Shown: positions 51,571 to 61,388 of the stretch, one piece after another | Position numbering within the stretch: position 1 is the first letter of the stretch | Layout: the number at the start of each line of letters is the position of its first letter | NCBI GenBank assembly: GCA_002726395.1 | Contig: PBTA01000030.1 | Span: 29,877-93,876, forward strand | Direction of reading: 5' to 3' | Length of the DNA stretch: 64,000 bases | From: Methanobacteriota archaeon | GTDB taxonomy: Archaea > Thermoplasmatota > Poseidoniia > Poseidoniales > Poseidoniaceae | Notes under the pieces: model-generated | Databases searched by the model: none | Seen by the model: only the letters and a program-made list of their open reading frames with translations | Told to the model about the DNA's origin: nothing | Position numbers and translations under genes: made by a program

Positions 51571-54144
51571 ATGGCAGGCCAAGTTGTGTCGATAGATGAC
51601 TTGGTTTTACCCGACAAGGCTAAGAAATTCTTCATAGAACACTGGGGAATTACCAAACTACATCCGCCTCAAGCACAATCTATGGAGGCAGTCTTCTCCA
51701 ATCGTAGTGCGTTAATTGCAATACCCACTGCAAGCGGTAAGTCACTTATTGCATATATCGCGATTTTGCGTAAGTTACTACTCGAGGACATCGGTTCTAA
51801 AGCCATCTACATTGTACCACTCAAAGCCTTAGCTTCTGAGAAGTTTGAAGATTTTAAGGCGCTTGGTAAGGCATTGAATCTAACTATTGGTTTAGGTATA
51901 GGTGATTCATCATCCGAAGCAAAAAGGATTGATGAGTGTGACATACTAGTATGTACTTCTGAAAAATTAGATTCAATAATTAGAAACCGTTCCCAGTCGA
52001 TGTCTAATGTCTCAATTATTGTATCAGATGAATTTCATCTGTTAAATGACGCATCTAGGGGTCCAACTTTGGAAATTAATTTAACCAAATTACGTTATCT
52101 AAGACCTAATGCTCAGATTATCGCTCTATCTGCCACAGTGGGTAATTGCGAACAACTTTCAAATTGGCTCGATGCTGAATTGATAATTTCAAATTGGCGG
52201 CCAGTTGCTTTAGAATATAGTACATTTCATGATTTACATTTGGAGCCTAGAATGGTGCAGTCTGCTAATTTATCAGCTAAAGCAGATTTACTTAATCCAC
52301 CAAGAGATCTCGAAGGTCCAAAATCACAACCTACTTGGGTTGTATTGAATGATACAATAGACGCTTCTGGCCAATTACTAATCTTTGTCGGGACTAGGAA
52401 AAGTGCTGAATCTGAGGCGGTAAAATTAGCCAAAAGAGTGTCAAAAAAACTTTCCACACAAGACGTTGATAGAATTGCTAAATTAGATGATGTGGCAACT
52501 TCTATAGAGGGCGGACGTCAATCTGCAATGGGTGAGAAATTAGTGCAATGTATTCGAGGAGGAACAGCCTTTCATCATGCGGGATTGACTCATAATCAAA
52601 GAAAAGTAGTTGAAAATGCCTTCAAAGAAGGAATTTTGACTTGTTTATCTGCAACACCTACCTTGGCTGCGGGGGTAAATCTGCCAGCAAGAAGAGTATT
52701 AGTTAGAGACATCAAAAGGTGGGATGACGGAATGAGTCGACCTTTGCCGGTTATGGAGGTTAGGCAAATGCTAGGTAGAGCCGGTAGGCCAAAATATGAC
52801 GATTTTGGCGAGGCTTGGGTTCTATGCAAAGGCACTGACGGCTGGGAGGTTGCAGATATGGTTAGTGAGAAGTACTTTTTTGGAGATGTGGAGCCGATAA
52901 ATTCCAAGTTAGCAGGCGAGCCTGCTTTGCGCACCCACATTCTTTCAATTATATCGACAGGCGGAATTCAGCATAGGGGAGAAATAGGAGATTTCTTTGC
53001 CGCAACATTTCTCGGATTTTCGACTCCAAAACATATCTTGAAAGAAAAGATTGATCAAACTCTTACATGGTTAACTGAGGAACGTTTCATTAGAAAAGTA
53101 GGAGTTGACAAATCTTATTCTGAGGCACGTGCAGATAAATTCGTAGATAGTGATGACTGGGATGACAACGTTCCTGCTTGGGCAATGGTTGCAAAATCCA
53201 CTCAAGGTGTCGAGATGAATGGTGAAAATAATTCCAATACGAACAACAAAATAACAGCACATAATAAACCAGTATTAGGGTTTAATCTCGCATCTGAATT
53301 GAGCTCTATTGGTGCATGGCATTCAAATGATTTGGATGAATTTTCAGGTATGAAATATGAGGCTACGTTAATGGGCGAGAGGATAACCCAACTGTACCTT
53401 GACCCATTGTCAGCATCTATCATTAGAACAGGACTTAGAAGAGCGATAAGAAGAATTGTCAAGGACATTGCCCCAGTAACCAATTTTGGACTTTTACACC
53501 TAGCAACATCAACTCCAGATTTCACTTCATTGTGGGCGAAAAACTCAGAGATGGAGCCAAATTCAAAGTTATGGATAAAAACTAACTCTGTCGAAGATGA
53601 ATTATTATCGGATTCCAGTTATGATGAAATGCTACTTTCCAATGTTAAATCTGCATGGATGGTTGAAATGTGGTGTGAAGAATCAAACATCCGTTCTATA
53701 GAGAAAGATTTAGACGTTAACCCTGGTGATATTAACTATCGAGTTGATATTATGGCATGGCTGATACATTCTTCACGAGAAATAATTTTGACGGATGATG
53801 TATTCTCTGATGAACACATGCCGCAGATTGCTGAACTGATCAAACAATTAGACGTATTGCGTTTGCGGGTAAGACACGGTTGCAAAGAAGATTTACTTAC
53901 CTTGGTAAATATTCCAAATGTCGGTCGATATAGGGCACGTGAGTTATCTAAACTTGATATAAGAACTCCTCACCATGTGGCAAATATGACCAAAAAGAAA
54001 AGGGATCAGATTTTAAAAATACGTGGTTGGGGTCCTCAGTTATTGGATAAAATAATGCTTGAGGTAGCTAAAGTGATAGAACCTTCCAAGCAGCAAAAAC
54101 GAAAGGTTCGTCTTGATGACATACCCTTAGATGATGAAATTTGA
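51571..54144 (+). CDS. hel308: Hel308/Ski2-like DNA helicase
   Basis: PTASGKS, VPLKALA.EK, DEFH, LSAT, FHHAGL, TLAAGVNLPA, QMLGRAGRP, C-terminal HhH motifs. Confidence 0.95.
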   Translation: MAGQVVSIDDLVLPDKAKKFFIEHWGITKLHPPQAQSMEAVFSNRSALIAIPTASGKSLIAYIAILRKLLLEDIGSKAIYIVPLKALASEKFEDFKALGKALNLTIGLGIGDSSSEAKRIDECDILVCTSEKLDSIIRNRSQSMSNVSIIVSDEFHLLNDASRGPTLEINLTKLRYLRPNAQIIALSATVGNCEQLSNWLDAELIISNWRPVALEYSTFHDLHLEPRMVQSANLSAKADLLNPPRDLEGPKSQPTWVVLNDTIDASGQLLIFVGTRKSAESEAVKLAKRVSKKLSTQDVDRIAKLDDVATSIEGGRQSAMGEKLVQCIRGGTAFHHAGLTHNQRKVVENAFKEGILTCLSATPTLAAGVNLPARRVLVRDIKRWDDGMSRPLPVMEVRQMLGRAGRPKYDDFGEAWVLCKGTDGWEVADMVSEKYFFGDVEPINSKLAGEPALRTHILSIISTGGIQHRGEIGDFFAATFLGFSTPKHILKEKIDQTLTWLTEERFIRKVGVDKSYSEARADKFVDSDDWDDNVPAWAMVAKSTQGVEMNGENNSNTNNKITAHNKPVLGFNLASELSSIGAWHSNDLDEFSGMKYEATLMGERITQLYLDPLSASIIRTGLRRAIRRIVKDIAPVTNFGLLHLATSTPDFTSLWAKNSEMEPNSKLWIKTNSVEDELLSDSSYDEMLLSNVKSAWMVEMWCEESNIRSIEKDLDVNPGDINYRVDIMAWLIHSSREIILTDDVFSDEHMPQIAELIKQLDVLRLRVRHGCKEDLLTLVNIPNVGRYRARELSKLDIRTPHHVANMTKKKRDQILKIRGWGPQLLDKIMLEVAKVIEPSKQQKRKVRLDDIPLDDEI

Positions 54145-54718
54145 GCGGATTATTGAAAAGCCAGTTCACCTGCCGATAATTATGGAGATGCCTCAATTCC
54201 CTTGTGTCAAGTTGGATATCTCCAATCATAGCAGTGATTTTATCGACGAATTTCTCCAGCATAGAGAAAATGATAGTTGGTTATTAATGTCACATTATGC
54301 TGCACAAGGTCAGCAACAACTGTGGACTGCTTGGCTCTTGGCAAAGCGAGCATTTTCCAATAATAAGGCGCTTGCAAGATCATTAGATGCTGAATTTTTG
54401 CGATATATTGCTGGAACACATCACGTTTCAGAAGCTTTCAAAAAAGCGGGAATACATAAAGAAGATGATAGCGCATGGTTGATATTCTTGCCAAACCATG
54501 TTGCGGATTTAGATGAGATAATACCATCATTTTCTTTGGATGAGTTTAATTCTGGAGTAGCAACATTGATTGAAAAATTAAATCTCAAAATGATCGAAGG
54601 TAAACCAGAGATCAATGTTGAAGGAATTAAGAAAATGGGCATTCCGTTACCAGAATCAAAACTAAATTTAATGGATTCTATAATTGGTCATATTATATCT
54701 TCAGACCTAAACTCTTGA
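54131..54718 (+). CDS. cgi121: KEOPS subunit Cgi121
   Basis: A.RAF.....ARSL..EFLRYIAGT...SEAF..AGI; adjacent to hel308 as in other archaea. Confidence 0.85.
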   Translation: MMKFERIIEKPVHLPIIMEMPQFPCVKLDISNHSSDFIDEFLQHRENDSWLLMSHYAAQGQQQLWTAWLLAKRAFSNNKALARSLDAEFLRYIAGTHHVSEAFKKAGIHKEDDSAWLIFLPNHVADLDEIIPSFSLDEFNSGVATLIEKLNLKMIEGKPEINVEGIKKMGIPLPESKLNLMDSIIGHIISSDLNS

Positions 54719-54722
54719 GTCA

Positions 54723-56207
54723 TTGGAAAGAAGTATTCAAACACCACCGCTTGTTGGGGTGGATATGGTCCTAGTTAAGACTCCAGATTCAATGGTATCC
54801 GGAAACAGCAACAGATATCTAGATGTAGATAAAATCAATAAAAGTTTAGATTTAGTAACCTGCAACGGTGCAACATACGCTGAAGTAAGGTTAGTTGCAT
54901 TAACTGATTATTCTGTGGCTATGCGCGACGGAAAATTAGAGAGAGCAATCCCCGGGCAAGAAATTGGTGCAACTATTAGAGTGCTGGCTGATGGAGCTTG
55001 GGGTGTTCACTCAACTACTGATATATCGTCGTTACAAGAACAAATGTCACCTACTTTGAAATTAGCCCAATCAGTTGCTGCAAGGAGGTCTGCCAAAGAT
55101 CAGCCAATAAAATTAGCAGAAGTTCCAATCATTGAAGACAGTATTCATTGGGTGCCTAAAAAAGATGTTAGAAATACTGAATTATCCCAGCGTCTTGAAC
55201 ATTTGAAGGTAATGAATTCAACTGCATCAGAACACGAAAATATCGTATCTGTTACCTGCGGTTGGCATGATGAAAACATTCACACTGAGTTTTTGAGCAG
55301 TGAGGGGATGAATCGAACATGGAGTTTTCAAAGATCGTTAATCAACGGCATGGTCACCGCTAGAGATGGTGGCAATGTTGTTTCCTACCGTACACGTTTT
55401 GGTGGCGAAGGAGGATTAGAACTGATAGAATCATGCGATGTTGATGCTCTTGGGGAGAATGCTAGAATCTCAGCATTAAGATTACTAAAAGCGCAAAGGG
55501 CCCCATCAGGAAAAATGCCACTTATTGCTGACCGCGACTTGACAGGCGTTTACATTCACGAAGCCTTAGGTCATCCTTGTGAAGCAGATTTAGTGGCTGC
55601 TGGTGATTCTTGTTTGGATGGTAAATTAGGCGAAAAAATAGGCAGTGATTTAGTGACTGTTATCGATGATCCAACAATTCGTGGAGGTTATGGGGCTCAC
55701 CCGGTAGATGACGAAGGACTTGATACTACAGAAAAATGCTTAATCAAAAATGGTGTGTTGACTGAATATCTTAACCATAGGGAGACTGCAGAACATTTCG
55801 GTATCAAACCCAATGCTGGAGCCAGGGCTCAAGACGGCTTGCATCACCCACTGGTTAGGATGTCAAACACATTAATTCACGGAGGTACACACAACGACTT
55901 AGATGATCTTGTCGATGATGTTGAGTATGGTGTCTATGCATGTGGTTCCCGTGGCGGGCAAGTAGATACCGGCAGAGGTTCATTCCAATTCGCTGCACAA
56001 GAAGCTTGGTTAATCGAAAATGGTGAAATAACTACTCCGTTAAAGGATGTAAGTGTCAGTGGACTAACCTTACAGATACTGAACGATGTTGACGGATTGA
56101 CCAAAGATTCCAGGTTGGCCGCACCAGGATTTTGCGGTAAAGGGCAAACAGTTCCAGTTGGTGATGGCGGTCCAATTATGCGAATAAGTGAAGCTTTGGT
56201 GGGATGA
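54723..56207 (+). CDS. tldD: TldD metalloprotease
   Basis: IHEALGH..EAD, DDEG, RMSNT, GGQVD...G.F.F, GFCGKGQ.VPVG.GGP. Confidence 0.93.
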   Translation: MERSIQTPPLVGVDMVLVKTPDSMVSGNSNRYLDVDKINKSLDLVTCNGATYAEVRLVALTDYSVAMRDGKLERAIPGQEIGATIRVLADGAWGVHSTTDISSLQEQMSPTLKLAQSVAARRSAKDQPIKLAEVPIIEDSIHWVPKKDVRNTELSQRLEHLKVMNSTASEHENIVSVTCGWHDENIHTEFLSSEGMNRTWSFQRSLINGMVTARDGGNVVSYRTRFGGEGGLELIESCDVDALGENARISALRLLKAQRAPSGKMPLIADRDLTGVYIHEALGHPCEADLVAAGDSCLDGKLGEKIGSDLVTVIDDPTIRGGYGAHPVDDEGLDTTEKCLIKNGVLTEYLNHRETAEHFGIKPNAGARAQDGLHHPLVRMSNTLIHGGTHNDLDDLVDDVEYGVYACGSRGGQVDTGRGSFQFAAQEAWLIENGEITTPLKDVSVSGLTLQILNDVDGLTKDSRLAAPGFCGKGQTVPVGDGGPIMRISEALVG

Positions 56208-57613
56208 ATTTGTTGCCAGACGGTGCATTAGACCGACTTCAAGACGGGTGTAGAATTATTGGTTCTCGGTGCAATCAATTAGGTATCAGTCAATGGGAAG
56301 TAGTTGCTACCCAGTCATACGGTCACCAAATAGACATCGAAGGCGGCAAAATCTCTCTTGCCGGTGGTGGTGGAGAAGGTGGATATGGAATAAGGGTGTT
56401 AGAAGATGGTAAATTTGGTTTTGCTTATCTTGTTGATGTTAAATCAGCGGATGAAGCAATCAATAGCGCAATTTCAATTGCCCGTATGTCACCTTCAATA
56501 GAGGGGTTTGTCCTTCCATCGGAGCAAAGTGCACAACAAGTAGCAGGATTATTTGATAAATCTATTATCGATTTAGATTCCGAATTTCTCCTTAACCAAG
56601 CAGATGCTATAATTTCAGAGGTTGCTTCCTTAGATTCACGAGCTGTTGTTACTGGAGGAGGTATCGGAGTTAGTGCTAATGCAGCATCAATTCTTACTAG
56701 TGAAGGTATTGAGTCAGGAGGTTTAACTACTTCGCATGGAGTCGGTGTACAAATTTCTATAGAGGAAAACGGCCAACTGACTAGTTCCTGGCAAAGTAAA
56801 TCTGCCAAAAGTCAACTCCCAAATGTCCCTCAGTGTATTGAAAGAGCGGTTGAATGGGCTCAACTAACTAGAGATCCAATCAAAGTCGAAGCACCGGAAG
56901 ATGATTCGCCAATATTGATGACTAGTGAAGGTTTTTCTCCTTTGTTTTCAGTAGTTGTTCCGACAGCAGTGAAAGGAGAAAAATTAGTCCGTAATGAATC
57001 TTTTTGGTCAGGTAAGATGTCTCAAAATGTGATTAGTTCTGAACTGTCAATAATCGATGATGCAACAGTTGAAGCCGGTAAGTCATCAGGTTCACGGGAT
57101 GACGAAGGAGTACCATCGAGGCAAAATGTGTTAATCCAAGATGGTAAGTTAACAGGTTCCTTGTGGTCAACCAGAGACTCTGCACAGCAAATTTCAGAGG
57201 GGCGAATTGACTCTGCACATACCACCGGTTCAGCGATAAGATCTGGTCACCAATCCCCACCTATTTCAGGGTGCAGCAACCTGTTTTTGTCTTCTTCCAA
57301 AAAATCTCATAATTTTGAATCCATGCTTGAAGTGATGGGAGATGGATTCGTAATCAATAGTGTCATGGGCGCTCATACAGCCAACCCTACTAGCGGAGAC
57401 TTTTCTGTCACTTCCAGTTCAATACTGCGTGTGGAAAATGGTGAAATAATTGGTGCTGTTAAACAAGCCGGAGTATCAGGTAATATGGCTAAAGCATTAC
57501 AAAAAGGAGTTTACCTTGGTGATGATGTTAGGCCACAGGGGTCTTACTCATCTGGAACTATGTACGTACCAAATGTATTATTGACTAAAGGAATAAGAGT
57601 TAATCCCGTTTAA
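56204..57613 (+). CDS. pmbA: PmbA/TldE partner subunit
   Basis: DDEGVP, TTGSA, MGAHTANP.SGDFS, GVSGN; overlaps the tldD stop. Confidence 0.88.
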   Translation: MNLLPDGALDRLQDGCRIIGSRCNQLGISQWEVVATQSYGHQIDIEGGKISLAGGGGEGGYGIRVLEDGKFGFAYLVDVKSADEAINSAISIARMSPSIEGFVLPSEQSAQQVAGLFDKSIIDLDSEFLLNQADAIISEVASLDSRAVVTGGGIGVSANAASILTSEGIESGGLTTSHGVGVQISIEENGQLTSSWQSKSAKSQLPNVPQCIERAVEWAQLTRDPIKVEAPEDDSPILMTSEGFSPLFSVVVPTAVKGEKLVRNESFWSGKMSQNVISSELSIIDDATVEAGKSSGSRDDEGVPSRQNVLIQDGKLTGSLWSTRDSAQQISEGRIDSAHTTGSAIRSGHQSPPISGCSNLFLSSSKKSHNFESMLEVMGDGFVINSVMGAHTANPTSGDFSVTSSSILRVENGEIIGAVKQAGVSGNMAKALQKGVYLGDDVRPQGSYSSGTMYVPNVLLTKGIRVNPV

Positions 57614-57716
57614 TCGATTTTTCAATGGGATAATTTATGTTCCGCCGACGCTGGTATTACATTACTGGAGGAAAAGGGAGTGTATTGTCTAAACCAAACC
57701 GCACAGAGGCCCGCAT

Positions 57717-57738
57717 CCGTTCCAAATTATGGAAACGG
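57717..57738 (+). promoter_or_regulatory. Hairpin in the long spacer upstream of rpa
   Basis: CCGTTCCA-AATTA-TGGAAACGG inverted repeat with one bulged base. Confidence 0.4.
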
Positions 57739-57761
57739 CAAACTGAATATTATTTGTACAG

Positions 57762-59456
57762 GTGTTTCATATGTCTGATGACAAATACGAATCGCACGTT
57801 AAGGCAGTTTTATCAGAATGCCCTGATGCGAATGTTGATGATGTCAAAGCTTCATTTAAGAAATATGAAGAAGAATTCTATATTCCTCCACAAGATGCAC
57901 TTAGATCAATCGTTAGAAGATTCCAAGGTGAACAACAAACTACATCACCGAATAGGGCTAATAACCAACCAAGGAATACTAAGAAAGTAAAGTCGCTATC
58001 TGAACTTTCAGGGACCGACAAGGATGTTGAGATAGAAGTAGAAATCATCTCTCATAATGTTAGAGAGCAAACAATTAGAGGTGAGGAGAAGAAAATCGCC
58101 TTCGGATTACTTGAAGATAATCCGTGGGATGATGGCTCAGAAAGAGTTCGTTGGGAATACAAGGATTGGGGGCCAAACTCGAACATAACACCTGGTTCTG
58201 TAGTCCGAATTGAAGGTGCATCAGTCAATGAGTATCAAGGAAAAATGTCGCTAAACATAAATCAAGGGGCAAGAATCGCGGTACTGAGAGAGGGAACAAG
58301 ACCTGTTAATGCTCCTGGTGAGCCAATAGATATCAGTAATATTCCAAAAGACGGCTATATTTGTATTGTTGGCAGAGTACTTTCATGCAGGGAAGACCAA
58401 ATTCACCGTAAAGATGGTTCTGGATCTATCGATGTGGTAAGGGGTAGAATTGCCGATGAATCTGGCACCATTGGTTTTCTTTCATGGGAACCATTCGAAC
58501 ATGAGATTGGTAGTTTGGTAAAAATAGATGGGGCACAGGTTAAGACCTTTAGAGATACTCCAGAATTGAATTTTGGTAGAACAACTAAGATCGAAACCTT
58601 TCACGACGCCAATTTTGCAGATACAGAAAAACTAAACAGCCAAAATATGAAAACAGTATCTCAACTTACCGATGGTTCAAGAGATGTAGAAATTATTGTA
58701 CAAATTACTGAATGGCAGAAGCGTTCTTTTACTAAAGATGGAGTCGAAAAGCATCTTTGGTCAGGGCAAATAGCAGATTTGACCGGAAGATGCCGTATGA
58801 GTGCCTGGGAAGAATTGCCTATAGACGAAAATAAATTACCGTTAACCGTTAAACTGTCCGGCGTTAGGGTAAGAGCTTGGCAGGGCATTCCTGACATAAC
58901 GGTTGATAGTGCAAAGCAAGTAGAATTTCTTGACAAAACTCCTTGGGATGAATCAATCAATCTAGAGGACCATGTTGTCGAAGTTGACTTGACTGAATTA
59001 ACTACTTCGTCTAGTAGAGTTGGAATATCTACCGAAGGAACAATAGTTAGTGTGCGAGATGATTCTGGAATTATAATGCGTTGTTTAGGATGTCGTCGAG
59101 TGCTTCGCGATGGCGAATGTTCATCTTGTGATTCGACAGAATCTCAACAAGATGTTAGATTGAGGTTAGTAATAGATAACGGTGAAAACACCGCTTCTTT
59201 ATTGATAAATAAGGCAGCATCAATCAAACTAACAGGTTTAGATGAAGATAAGATGGCTAAAAAAATAGCATCCGATGGGAAAATGGAATTTGTCCAATCA
59301 CTAAGGGATATGATGCTTGGAAGAATAATAAAAGCCAACGGTCGTACAATAGTTGACGAACAAGGCGCAATGATTCTTGCTGACCATGTTGAATTAAATG
59401 ACGGTGATGCAGGCCTTTTAGCCACTGAAGTAAGGTCTAAATGGGGGGTTAACTAA
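57762..59456 (+). CDS. rpa: Replication protein A large subunit (multiple OB folds plus zinc finger)
   Basis: OB motifs GRIADESGTI.F.SW and GQIADLTGR....AW; CLGCRR......CSSC zinc finger; LRLVIDNG. Probable start ATG 57771. Confidence 0.9.
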   Translation: MFHMSDDKYESHVKAVLSECPDANVDDVKASFKKYEEEFYIPPQDALRSIVRRFQGEQQTTSPNRANNQPRNTKKVKSLSELSGTDKDVEIEVEIISHNVREQTIRGEEKKIAFGLLEDNPWDDGSERVRWEYKDWGPNSNITPGSVVRIEGASVNEYQGKMSLNINQGARIAVLREGTRPVNAPGEPIDISNIPKDGYICIVGRVLSCREDQIHRKDGSGSIDVVRGRIADESGTIGFLSWEPFEHEIGSLVKIDGAQVKTFRDTPELNFGRTTKIETFHDANFADTEKLNSQNMKTVSQLTDGSRDVEIIVQITEWQKRSFTKDGVEKHLWSGQIADLTGRCRMSAWEELPIDENKLPLTVKLSGVRVRAWQGIPDITVDSAKQVEFLDKTPWDESINLEDHVVEVDLTELTTSSSRVGISTEGTIVSVRDDSGIIMRCLGCRRVLRDGECSSCDSTESQQDVRLRLVIDNGENTASLLINKAASIKLTGLDEDKMAKKIASDGKMEFVQSLRDMMLGRIIKANGRTIVDEQGAMILADHVELNDGDAGLLATEVRSKWGVN

Positions 59457-60379
59457 TGCAATCAACAGGGCGCGTAAAGCGACAATCTGCGGTACACATA
59501 TTTGCTTCGGAATATGGTGAATCTACCTTAAGCGAGAAAGGATCTGGCGAATTTGATCCATCATTTGTAATAACAAAGTTAGGTTCGAGGATTAATCGAG
59601 TAATAGTTGCAGGTTTATTAGAACGTATTGAAGGCAGAGATGTTTCAAACGGTTCGGTAATTTATCAAGGTCAGTTAAGGGATCCATCTGGAGTTAACTA
59701 TTTTTCAGTCGGAGATTATGTTTCTGATTCAGTAAAAGAACTAACAATACAATTGACCGAAAAATTAGAAACAGGTGAACCAATATTGCTGATGATGGTC
59801 GCTAAAACACGATTATATCAAACCGACGAAGGTGCTGTCTATACCTCGCTTAGGCCGGAAGAAATGTGTGTTATCGATTCGGCTAGATATGCTAATTGGC
59901 TTGCTAAGACATCAGATCATATGATGACACGAATGTCAAATTATATGACTAGTTTAGATTTTGATGCTAACATTGAATCAATGTCTAAATCAGATTTTAC
60001 CGAACATCAACAACTCGGCTTAGTTGCTGCTAGGAATCATTACGGAGAATTAGATCTAGAACATTATCGATTGAATGTGATGCAAGCACTGGACATTGCT
60101 GAAGGGAAATTAGAATCTGCTTCTAAACCAGCACCTCAACGATTAGAATCAACTATGGATGAAGATAATTCGTCAGAGGAAAAAGCAAGTGATGTTGAGC
60201 AGGCAATAACCGATATCATCAATACTCTTGATCAAGGAGACGGAGTGGATTTTGAGACAATTATAGTAAATGCAGAAGCTAGAGGCTTCCAGCGCTCCAT
60301 AACCGAAGAAAAAATCGAGGAAATGTCAGATAGTGGTATTGTTCATGAGCCAGCATTTGGTTGGTTTAGATTAGTTTAG
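59456..60379 (+). CDS. RPA second subunit / RPA-associated protein (OB fold plus C-terminal wHTH)
   Basis: P..VIT.LG...NRV...G, RDPSG, SLRPE, C-terminal G.VHEP..G; translationally coupled (TAATG). Confidence 0.85.
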   Translation: MQSTGRVKRQSAVHIFASEYGESTLSEKGSGEFDPSFVITKLGSRINRVIVAGLLERIEGRDVSNGSVIYQGQLRDPSGVNYFSVGDYVSDSVKELTIQLTEKLETGEPILLMMVAKTRLYQTDEGAVYTSLRPEEMCVIDSARYANWLAKTSDHMMTRMSNYMTSLDFDANIESMSKSDFTEHQQLGLVAARNHYGELDLEHYRLNVMQALDIAEGKLESASKPAPQRLESTMDEDNSSEEKASDVEQAITDIINTLDQGDGVDFETIIVNAEARGFQRSITEEKIEEMSDSGIVHEPAFGWFRLV

Positions 60380-60414
60380 ATTAGCAATAACTCCCAACAC
60401 ATTCAAGTTCTTAG

Positions 60415-60795
60415 TTGACTGTGCTCGGTATAGGTGGAGACGTGTCAGGAATGGATTTTTTTATCCGCCCCGCAACGGGAACAAGTAGCTCAGACTGGGT
60501 TAGGATACCAAATGCCGATATTAAGGTGAAGTCTGCTAGAAGAATAACTCGAACAATTGTGAGGGGTCAAGAAGGCGACAATCTTCATGATGAAGGCTCT
60601 GAGTCTACTCTTTATACTGTTTCAGGGGAAATGAAAATAGATGAGTATAAGAAAATATTATCCATGTACAAATCTGGGCAACCATGCATTCATGACCCAT
60701 TTGAAGAAAGGGATGTGAAAGTGGTATTTGCATCAATGGAGTATGATGGTTCTAATGAATCATTCATTTTTGAATTCATAGAAGATATTATTTGA
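60415..60795 (+). CDS. Hypothetical protein resembling the phage Mu DNA-circularization N-terminal domain
   Basis: RR......GQEGD..HDEG......TVSG...IHDPF....VKV pattern; start probably GTG 60442 or ATG 60451 after AGGTGG. Confidence 0.5.
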   Translation: MTVLGIGGDVSGMDFFIRPATGTSSSDWVRIPNADIKVKSARRITRTIVRGQEGDNLHDEGSESTLYTVSGEMKIDEYKKILSMYKSGQPCIHDPFEERDVKVVFASMEYDGSNESFIFEFIEDII

Positions 60796-60796
60796 G

Positions 60797-61387
60797 GTGT
60801 TTTTTTTGAGAAAACTCGATGAGAAGAAAGAGATTCTCTATGTTATTAGGACCTTAGATGTATTGATGTCTTCAGGTGTTGGTCTGGAGGCTGCCTTACA
60901 CACGATTGGCAAAGGTGGCTATGGAATTATTTCCAAGGACTTCTCTTCATTAATGACAAAATTAAGTGCAGGTAAATCAAGAGGATTAGAATTTGAAGTT
61001 AAAGCATTGATGAACAAAGCCGAATCGGATGGCTACCGAAGATTACTGAATACTATGTATACTAATTTGACTCAAAATACCGATTTGATAGATACTCTTA
61101 GAAAACAGGGTAAGAGAATGGAAGAAGATCGTAGTGAATCGGTAAATAAGTACATCGAAGAACTCGGCGGAGTACCTGAAACCTTGCTTTCGATTGGTAT
61201 GATAGGCCCGATAATTCTAGCAATTGTCGGACTTGTTCCTCAAATACTTGGAGATGGAGCTGAAGCAATAATCGGTACCATTGACCAAGGATTGATTAAT
61301 TCTATAGTAAATGGTGGACTGATGTTTACCTTGGTAGGAATGATGCTGATTGGTCTAAAGGCACATACAAAAGATCCGGGGTTGTGA
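60797..61387 (+). CDS. Type II secretion F / TadC-like platform protein
   Basis: LMSSGVGLE.AL..I...GYG.IS..F, followed by two TMs. Confidence 0.8.
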   Translation: MFFLRKLDEKKEILYVIRTLDVLMSSGVGLEAALHTIGKGGYGIISKDFSSLMTKLSAGKSRGLEFEVKALMNKAESDGYRRLLNTMYTNLTQNTDLIDTLRKQGKRMEEDRSESVNKYIEELGGVPETLLSIGMIGPIILAIVGLVPQILGDGAEAIIGTIDQGLINSIVNGGLMFTLVGMMLIGLKAHTKDPGL

Positions 61388-61388
61388 A

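Noticed and set aside
51571..54718. hel308-cgi121 adjacency as a new system
   Set aside because: Known conserved neighbourhood in euryarchaea
57719..57736. GTTCCA-AATTA-TGGAAAC resembling an ORB (GTTCCAGTGGAAAC)
   Set aside because: Central spacer is 5 nt rather than 1, single copy, no G-string; kept only as a hairpin
57640..57760. Possible c-di-GMP-I riboswitch (GCACAG and CTAAACC words)
   Set aside because: Words are in the wrong order and the P2/P3 stems cannot be formed
57637..57990. 117-aa ORF overlapping the rpa 5' end
   Set aside because: Out-of-frame overlap with a well-supported gene and no recognisable motif
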